From NCBI GenBank assembly GCA_043228905.1, contig JBHGNT010000005.1, positions 3,720,001-3,784,000 on the forward strand: a DNA stretch of 64,000 bases. Direction: 5' to 3'. The notes beneath the pieces were generated by a model, which made no database searches, had not been told where the DNA came from, and was given only the letters and a program-made list of their open reading frames with translations. Positions 54,558 to 64,000 of the stretch are shown piece after piece. The translations under genes and the position numbers were made by a program. Position 1 is the stretch's first letter. Each line of letters begins with the position of its first letter. This stretch comes from Azolla caroliniana (Eukaryota; Plantae; Polypodiophyta).

Positions 54558-54890
54558 ACCTTTTCCATATCCATGATGTCATGGGAAGTGATCTAGACTG
54601 AAGAAGTATGGATGTGCATGGTATTTGTATGTTGGATGGAAAAAACTTCTTAGGAAAATGCTTTTGGGCATTTTCAAACTCTCTCCAAATGGTGTTAGAT
54701 ATGTTACCAACCATTCTTTAACCCTTGTAGACCTTTTATGTATCCATGATGTTATTGGAAGTGTTCTAGTTTGAAGAAGTATGGATGTGCATGGTATTTG
54801 TATATTGGATGGAAGAAAGATGTTAGGGAAATGCTTTTGAGCATTTTCAAACTCTTTCCAAGTGCACTTCGATATATTGCCAACCATACT
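54558..54890. repeat. 173-bp imperfect tandem duplication within a gene-free, probably TE-derived block
   Basis: Two copies offset by 173 bp give the paralogous ORF-track peptides MVGNIS...(R/K)EFENAQKHFP...PSNIQIPCTSILLQ. Confidence 0.9.
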
Positions 54891-57800
54891 TCAACCCTAA
54901 TAGATAGATTATATTATTGTCCTCAAAGGTCAAATTGAGAAACATTGGTGTCACCAAAATGTCAAAGATGTGTTTATTCTCCTTATTCTTACCCACTTTT
55001 GAGTAATGAAAATCACTTCCATTCCATCTAAGATTGGACAAAATCTCAAGCCTAATATATTTGACGCTTATAAGAACTTACTTTTTTAACACATGTGTCC
55101 TTTTATATAGAGTGATAATAGCGTGGTAGTGTACCCATGAAACTACACTGTAAAAGCATAACATTTATCCAGGTACATCGTTTTATATAACAAAATTTGA
55201 CGATATGGTTTTAAATTAATTTCTCAATTGTCCAATGAGTTAATTCTTTAGACATTTATTTATGCTACATGGGTCATGATAACTAGAGTGAATCTATCTC
55301 CGACATTTTCTCTTTGACATTCATTGTTATTGTGGGAATTTGAGCATATTGCATTCTTTTTATGGCAAAAAAATCATTTGCTCTACAAAATTGAGCTATC
55401 TCGGTCAATTCATGAATATGCTCCAAAAACTAAAGAAGGATGTAGACAATTATTGAGTCATTGTTTCTCCTTGCTCAGGCAAAACATGTAGTTGGAGGGC
55501 GTATGTAGTTTTAATTCAAATAAATCATTTAGGTAGCCTTTTAAAGCTTGTTGAATAGTTCATTTGTGATTTTTACCCAAATAGAAAGATAATTGAATAG
55601 TTTTTTTATCATAAATTATTGTCTTGTTTGTCATATTTGCCTATTGAAAGACACGTTGTTCTGCCAAATCTTATATTTGCATACTTTGGGAAAGTGTGAG
55701 TTTGTTATCCAATAATACACTACATTTAACCCCCCAATATCCTAATGCTAAATTTGCATCCTTGTGTGAATCATTTGACATCTTGTTAGTTGCATCCTGA
55801 TGGTATATTGCAAGTTGCAACACAATATATTGGCAAAAAATATACAAGGAGCCCAAGTCAAGGAAACTTCTTTGGTAAGTTGTCTAATGGTGACCAAGAA
55901 ATCATTGCATTTAATATTCATGTTCCATGTTGCCATACTATTGAAACAAGTTTTGAAACTCGATGAATGGGTTAGTTAAAGCATGCCTTACGATTGGGGC
56001 TCACCTCTTATATGGGAGGATAAGGTTGTCCATTGAAGATTGAAGATAATGTGTTTTGAAGATCCCACAATAACATCTAATAATGTAGTGCAATCAGTGA
56101 AATGTGGTCATATTCGAGCCTTGAGCAATAACATTTCCTTCAATATTAATGGAATATAATTTTCTTAATCTACATTGGACTATATATGATTGTATGCCTT
56201 TTATTGTTTGTTCAGCAATCATTTGTTATGTACCTTATTCGACACCAATGTTTAATTTACTAATTTTATCTCTAAGGTTTACTTTCATGAGTAATCGTAG
56301 ATAGGCTAATGTTTAAAACATGATGATGCACCAGTAAGGCTTGGGCTTGATGTCTTTATTGTCTACCTATATCATAATGGTAGATAGAAAATAGAACGCA
56401 TGTTAATGTGTAAAGTGATGGATCTAATGTTATGTTCATCATAACAACATTCTTGTGTTTGTTTGATGTCATATACAATATTGCTTTATAAAAAGGATGA
56501 CATGAATAAACCAACCAAGGCCCTAAAGTAGATACTATATCTATATAAACATGCGAAATTATTCTCAACAGTTTCACTTCAAACTCGCATAGATCATACG
56601 AAACATGACCTAGAAGAATCTAAATCGCCAATATTCAACACCTTTTACAGAATATTTATATTTATATTTGATTATTCTGGCATGGCATCAAAAAAATGAT
56701 GTAATAAGTGGCAACTAGAAGGATAGGAGCCTCCAATGTTTGAATGTTCGAGGTAAACACAATTAAATATTACATATTATGATTGAATAATACATATTAG
56801 AATTGAGAACAAAATGTCAAATTTATGTGCAATGCCTTGGTGGCGGTGACAATGTGGGACATTGCTTGATTTATAACAAACTTAACGCAATGTTGCAATG
56901 TGAACAATGATTATGATGCAAGCTAAGAGCAAGGAAATAATTTGAAGCTATCTATATTTTAAAAGCTACATGAGTGCCTCCTTTTACATATGGCACAATC
57001 ATCTCAATGAACAACTTTTCATGTTTTATTTTGGTACCACTCAATGTGAAATTGTTGGACACTTTTCCTTTCACCCCACCTTACACACTTTTATTTTAAA
57101 ACTATATCATTTGTAGCATCGACTTCATGGAAACACTTCTTCAATTGTAGTCATCCAAGACCACTAGCTATAGCCTATAAGTGTACGACACGTAAAAACT
57201 TGTCCTTGACTTTCTTATATAACTTTGTGTACACAAGCACGTCTATGTAATCAAATACAACTTCTTCCCCCTCCTAAAGCACAATGTGTTGCCAATCAAC
57301 AAATGCATATAAAGAAAATGAAGTGTAAATATACTTGTACATCGATGACGAACATTTCCCCATTAATGCTTAGGTACTTGAATGAGGTGCATCATCGACC
57401 AATTACATCATTAAGTACATTTATAACTTGTTGAATTTTCAAACTATATGTATAAGAAGGGGAAATATTAGTCCCCTCATATAGATGTACATCTTGAGAT
57501 AACAATTACAAAGCACCATTTCCTTTGATCTTTTCGGTTTATTCAACAAGTACACATTTGGAATATGTGTGCGGTGAAATATTTGGGGAAGCATGTGAAC
57601 TTGTACATAATAGAAAAAGCTTTGTTTGGAACACGAATGAGCACAATTATTATGAGTTTTTTATGCGCTAGTTAACATATGCCTCCCATTTAATGCAAAA
57701 CTTTGATAACTATGTTGTTTTTCCTTGCCCTTACATTTTGAAATTGGCTTAAGATAAAATGGTTGTTGCTAGTTATTCCCATCATATCAACTTTTGCATT

Positions 57801-60800
57801 CAATACAAAACGGCAACTAGTTATGAAATTCTTAACGAGCGCAACCTTTATAACTTTAAAATGTGGAATTCACTTATAGAATGTTCATTAGATTCTAAGT
57901 AAGTCCTATGACCTCACATTAAATATTTAACAAACAATAAGGTTGTAACTTGTTAGTAGTGTTGAAATGGATGTGCGCATTGATGCCATTATGGACCTTA
58001 TGCCACTTTTTTCTCCAAAAGGAATTAATGTGCCAAAAGGAAAATTGATCAACACTGAACATGCTCCTTGTTCTAGCATATTGTTCAAGTAGAAGGGTAA
58101 TTAACGCAACAACGTACACCATTCATTACAATTGTCGTAATCCATCATGTTCACATGGAGTATTTAGGCAAGTGGTTTCATGGCTAACTTTGAGATAGGG
58201 GCCACTCCTTTGCGAACAGATTTATAGGGAACTTCTTGTATCTCCGTGCTTTGAAAGGATGAGTCACACATAATTGTAGTTCATTTCTTACCATATGGAA
58301 GTATTAAAATAACTCATTTAAGAAACACAATGTCAATGCATGAAGATATTCAATTTAACATGATTTTACTCTATCAATTTTGACTATTAGTTGTGGCATT
58401 ATAAATGCCACAATTGTTCTAAAGACTCCTCCGATAAGAAAAACAATGTACACATCAAGGTTGCACCTGATGGATTTCAAGTATTGGGTCATATTAAAAT
58501 CACTAACTTAAAGAGCTGACTCATCCCCATTATGAACATTTTAAGTTGTTTTCATGGCCAAATTCTAGAGTGGACCCAATCCCTTATCAACATTTAAGCA
58601 TTGGATTTATTGATAAATGTTTTTGTATCCTATTGGCATGAAATGATTCACTAAACCTAATTATAGTTTTTTGCATATAAATGCACCCTAATATAGACAT
58701 AAGTAAGAAACTCATTTAAGAAACAATGATTCAACATCTTATAAAATTTAAATAATCAATAATCCTCAAGATTTTGTTGTATTAGTTCTAGTGTCATAAA
58801 TGATATATTTGTGCTCGAGACCGTAAAAGAAAAACAATGTGAACGTATCCCTTGTACTTAAAAGGTTTTCAAGTATGCGCTTGTATTAAAGTAAGCTTTA
58901 TGAATGAATTAATTACATGTTTATCACATAAAAGTTTAGTCAAGTGGTACTGTAAAAAGTTTGTATGTTAAGTATTGAATGAATTTGAACAAATTTCTAT
59001 AAGTTCAAACATAAACAAATGACATGATACAAACATGGTAAATTGTAAATGACACATCCCTATTGCTAGTGTTAGTATTGTTAATGTTTGATATTCTAAA
59101 TATGATGTGTCAAGACTTTTGTAGCTATCTAACTCATCTTTCCATCGTAAACTTATGCATGGATAATAAAACTAAGCATATTTCTCATCTCAAATGTATG
59201 TGCACACACAAATACCTTAAATTGCATGTAAATCTTCCCAAGGAGGTCAATATTGACCAATGTGACCTAAGTATAAAAGTTATAACAATTTGTGTTTCCG
59301 TCCTAAGAAGAGAGACTTTACAAGGGAAATTCCATCATATTTTCTTTGTATTGAATAAAACATTGTTTGTAATTCTAGCATCGGAGGTACTGATCATGTT
59401 GAAACCTCAGCTTTGGAACTCTTATAACTCATAGCCACTCACAAGGTGAAACCCTTGTATGATAAATACAACAAGAATCCATGCAATGAACTTAAATCCT
59501 AGAATACAACTGTCATAAGCATTTACGTAGGAGTAGCAAACTATGTAGGAGTATATCATTTAAAACTACCTTTTATGATTTATGTTGATTGTACTTATTA
59601 CGTTTTAAAAAGAATTTACATAACTTCATTGCTATTGTACTAGATGTAAATTCGAAGACTACATTAAATTGCAAACTGAGAGCACAAAAGAAGAAATATA
59701 TCTAGTGAGATGTAATGTAGAGTTTGGCAAACCTTCCGTTGAAACTAGAACTGGGAGCTTTTAATCACAATTCTATGTAATGGTTGTCCAGCTACATTGA
59801 GCACATAAAAATCCGAATTGTTATTATGTGATTAACATGGCTTAATGGAAGAGCATGTCTAGCTAAATTGCCAAGAAGTATAGCAATTCATTTACCCCTA
59901 AATTCAAGTTAAATCTTTCAAAGCAAAATCCATAATAGACAATATGTCTATGTTTTAAGTTTACAATTCATGGCATGCTCATTAGCAAAATCCTTCAATC
60001 TAAACAAAAAAGCACAAAATGAATGCTTTTCCAAGTTCAACTCAATACATTGACGCTCAACTGAAGCCTATGGGACAGCACCTAATCAACAATGCACCCA
60101 TGGAATTGGAACCTTAGAATTGATAATTAGTATGCAAATAACTCATCACAGAAATGAATCATTGTTAGGAAGTATGCTTACGTGTGCAAAAATGCATTTA
60201 CTTAGATTTTGCTAGAAAATTCATATAACTTGCATGAACAAATAAACATAAAGAAATAGAAAATGAGAAGTTTGCCTTTTGATAACAAGGCCATGCCCCA
60301 CAATGATACCTTCATAACAAGGTGATGACAAAAGAAGGCTACTTCTTGATTCTATGATGTTGTGAACCACAATTGGATGTAACAGCTTCACCCATGATCA
60401 AGAAGCTACATGTATATCATTTACCCCAATAACTTACAAACCAAGTTATCAAACCTTCTCCCGTCTCCATCTCCATTTCGAGCAATTCATATGTTCATAC
60501 TAGTCAGAAAAGGCAATGTACAGTTGCATCCACCAAACTCAATTGCCGCTCAGTGATGATTTTCTTATGGTATTGGTCCTATGGTTGAACAATCTCTTAC
60601 TCTAAACCCATTGAATATAAAACATACATCTAGGTTTACTACAAGTGCCAAGATGCTATCGCCCCCCACCTTTCCATCTCTATTTCAATGATGCTAACAA
60701 AAGCAAAAAAAAGCTAGCTAGAAAGTTTGTTCATAGAATGTAATTTCGAGGCTAACATAGGGTAGAGAGATCATGCATACATTATTTACGATTTTAAAAG

Positions 60801-60946
60801 TGACAAGCTCACTGGAAAGTCCATTCATTAAATGAATTTCAAGGTACAAAAATTGAACCTACCAAAGGATAGGAGGGAAGGGAGGGGTGTACAGAAGATA
60901 TAAAAGAAATAACCTCCAAGATACAAGAAAATAGAATAAACGCAAT

Positions 60947-63684
60947 TCATGACGGTTGTTCATGTAATATCTTCCAAATTTTCACAACTCCATCGTCGCC
61001 AGCAGATGCCAAAAGTAAGGGCTCCTATGACATTATCATTCATGTCAGATGACCAAGGGTTCTAAAAATACATTCATCTAAAATTGTTGAAATTTATTTA
61101 CATTAGTGTAAACCTTCACCTACATTAGCACAAACCCTTCAGTTCAAATTGTCATTATTAACTAAAATTCAGATAAATTTATCTACATTACTTAAATCCA
61201 TATATAAGCCTTTATCAAAATTTATATCTAAAATATACCCTGCCCTTATATTCTTAAATATTCAGTTTTTGATAAAACAAAGCAAGCAAAAATGTTTTTA
61301 TAAAACGTGTTAAAATTTTGAGCATTGTTCATTATACCTTTGGATGCCACCTGACACAATTGACATCAGTATCATGTGCCTTGTCTTTTTTCAGTATCAT
61401 TTTATATGATGGAGCCTCACCCTGTAACCAAAATAACACATTAAAAATTGAACTTCTGATGAATTCAACTCTGGTAATCCTCTTTCCAATAGACTATGAT
61501 GGGAATAACAGAAACATACCCCTCTGTTTTTGAAAACTACTCTGGGTTTTACAAAGTTACCGAAACTACCCCTAAAATTTAGTCAGTCTTAATCATCAAT
61601 TAAACTGAAAGATCTTGACTTCATCCCCGTCTCTCAAAATTAATTTAGTTACATTTGTTTAATAAAATTAACACAAATTAATTAATTGTCAATTAAGCCT
61701 AGTGAAAATTTGAAGGGTATGTTGGTAATCCTAGAAAACCCATGGGTATTTTCCAAAAGCATAGGCGTATCCTGGTGATTACTGAAAAGATTAGGGGTAT
61801 TTGTGTTTTTTTCTGTGCTAAGAATTAGAGGCATCATAATGGTTACCAGACTTCTTACATTGGACAAATTCTCTGAAAAAAGCCTTATGCAATCATCACC
61901 ACATGCTGTAGCAATTATCCCTGAGACCCTATATAACATTATTGATACAAAATTATGAAGTTCAAGAAAAAATAAAAAGATTATGAAGTAAAAAAGGATA
62001 TGCACGCACGGAGACCAATTAACTGAGAAAATAGTTCGATCATGGTATCCAGAGATTGAGCAGATATGTTTCCTGCAAAACCATGTTAACAACAAGATTC
62101 CAAACATGACTTCGTCAGAAATTATCAATCTCGCCAAATTGGTCACAGTTTTTATGTAAATGGTAGCAAATATTTGTTTCCATCCCATCACATTACAAAT
62201 ATATAAAAGCAAGCATACATTGTTATCAAATCAAACTAGCACAATGAGACATGGGAAGGGAAGTTAAATAGCAAACAAAATCCTGCTATTATCAAAGAAA
62301 ATAAGCACTCTAGTCTTTTGAAAGCAAGAATCCAAAGTTTGGATCTCTAAAGAATGAGTCATTCAATTGAAAGTTGGCATGCAAGTATGCATTAATAGAG
62401 AGAGGGAATGGAACGTACAAATGTACATAATAGTAGGCGCACACATATCTAATGACATTTTGGTTGAAGTACCAAGAAAAACTCCATACCATGAAAGCTC
62501 GCCTTGTTCAGATTGTTCATTACTAGTATCCCAAATTATCAGAGAACAATCATCACTGCAAAAGCAAACCACACATACAATGTGTTGATTAATGCAGCAA
62601 AATACTGCAAATTATGTCTCTACATGATAATGGAGTAGAACTACCCTTAAAGTAACTTCATATTCAACAATAGATGACCTGCATGAAACTAGTCGATTAC
62701 CCAAGGAATTGAATGATACTGCCCATACAGTCGATGTATGTCCCCTGACAGAACACATTCCAAAATAGAAAGAAATCAATAATTTCATCAGTTGCAACAT
62801 AACAAAGTTAAGTATGAATAATTGCTGTTACAAAGACAGTAAATGATCTGAAAAGTTGACTGAAAAGTCCATAATGGGTACTTTCTTCACAGCCAGCGTA
62901 TTCTAAGACATGGTTTAGAGCATGTACTTGCATGATATGACCGAGGCACGATTCATTCTTGGACTTTCATGTTGCCTACTATGAAATGTGTTGTCGTGGT
63001 GGTATTTCTTCCATCTCCTACTGATGAGAAGGTGGACGTTTTTCCAGCCACTTTAGTGTGAATCCATTCTTCATGGTGTACATTGGCAAACAGTTCAAAC
63101 ATGTTATCTAGAAGTGTTTTCCTACTCTATACAATCAAATGTACCATTATGCCTATGTAAACAAGGCATATTCTCCATCTACAAAGAGTGGCATTCGGAA
63201 TCCTCATGGAGTAATGAAAAAAGGATTGCTTTCACATATGTTTTTTGGTCTCAGGAGGTACCATTATAATGATTCTTCTATATGCAGATGATATTGTTCA
63301 ATTGAAATTTGTACCTAGACATAGTAGGGATGTTTAGCACCACAAATGATCTTTTTATGTTATGAAGAAATTAAAGGAACATGTGAAGAAGATTAATAAG
63401 ATTCTACAAATGCCACTCCATTGTGTTGATTGATTTGCAAGTTATTGATATATCATCCATTGCTAACGCATGTAACCAATGACTAGTATGATAAATTCTA
63501 AAAATGCACAATAATATCAAAGATTGTCAACATTAGTACAACAATGCTGTAAATAACCTAAAGAATGATACATACATACATACGTACATATATATATATA
63601 TATAATTTTATTTTTATACCTCCCAGGATCACCAAGTGTCTGAACACAAACCCAATCTTCAGTGTCTTTGTCCTCTGCCCAGAC
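60947..63684 (-). CDS. CIA1: Cytosolic Fe-S assembly WD40 protein CIA1/CIAO1, 3' exons; the gene continues past the window end
   Basis: Exons read VWAEDKDTEDWVCVQTL|GHTSTVWAVSFNSLGNRLVSCS|DDCSLIIWD|HICSISGYHDRTIFSVNWS|GIIATACGDDCIRLF|AHDTDVNCVRWHPK|LLASAGDDGVVKIWK...*. Stop at 60947-60949. Confidence 0.93.
61501..61812. mobile_element. Mutator-like non-autonomous element / MITE with long imperfect TIRs in a CIA1 intron
   Basis: The left arm (ataccc...tttttgaaaactactctgggttttacaaagttaccgaaactacccctaaaattt...ttaatcatcaattaa) matches the reverse complement of the right arm (atacgcc...ttttggaaaatacccatgggttttctaggattaccaacatacccttcaaatttt...ttaattgacaattaa). The element starts gggaa. Confidence 0.6.
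62900..63400 (+). mobile_element. LINE reverse-transcriptase fragment, antisense within a CIA1 intron (boundaries uncertain)
   Basis: IMILLYADDIVQL, with YADD at 63281-63292, is the non-LTR RT catalytic motif. The surrounding frame is broken. Confidence 0.5.
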
Positions 63685-64000
63685 CTGAAACTCATTGCCC
63701 ACACTTCTCTGTAAATTTTTACCTTAAGATTGCAAAAGGCACCTTATTTTCGTAAAATTCAACGATAGGCAAAACATCTAATGCTACAGATATCACATCA
63801 TGCAGCAAGACCTCAAAGGAGGTTTGAAAAAGAGCTATGAAGGTCATTACATTAAGGAGTAGAAGAATGTAATTACTTAGTCAACAATGTATTAAACTGA
63901 AAAAATACAATTATATAGAAGGTCTAATGAGGGTATTTGGCTTTGGCTGACAACTACCTAGTATCAGCATGGTGGGAGACACTTTTATTGAAAGTTTGGT

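Overview
Eukaryotic nuclear DNA from a land plant with a compact, intron-rich genome. A FAM183/CFAP144 flagellar gene points to a lineage with flagellated sperm, probably a fern or other seed-free plant (inference). The ORF track is mostly exon fragments and noise, so I assembled the gene models by hand from GT/GC-AG boundaries and frame continuity; family calls come from remembered motifs, not database searches. Eleven protein-coding genes are supported, in order: 3' part of the organellar Holliday-junction resolvase MOC1 (+), CFAP144/FAM183 (-), TAP1/ABCB26-like ABC half-transporter (+), ALF4/glomulin (+), RPL34 (-), OTU3-like deubiquitinase (+), a ~730-aa orphan repeat/coiled-coil protein (-), a calmodulin-N-lobe::LIN37 chimera (-), an APAP1/AGP57C-like proline-rich membrane protein (+), a BSK kinase (-) and the 3' part of CIA1 (-). 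Decayed LINE, Tc1-like and Mutator-like pieces, short tandem duplications and microsatellites fill introns and intergenic space. The stand-out is the six-exon, 200-aa gene at 36337-38852. In it the first two EF-hands of a calmodulin-like gene, keeping the diagnostic plant CaM intron after nt 76, splice in frame onto a complete LIN37 (DREAM/MuvB) domain. Secondary signals are a repeat-built uORF array before the orphan gene and several intronic duplications of exon edges that create decoy splice sites or a candidate poison exon.
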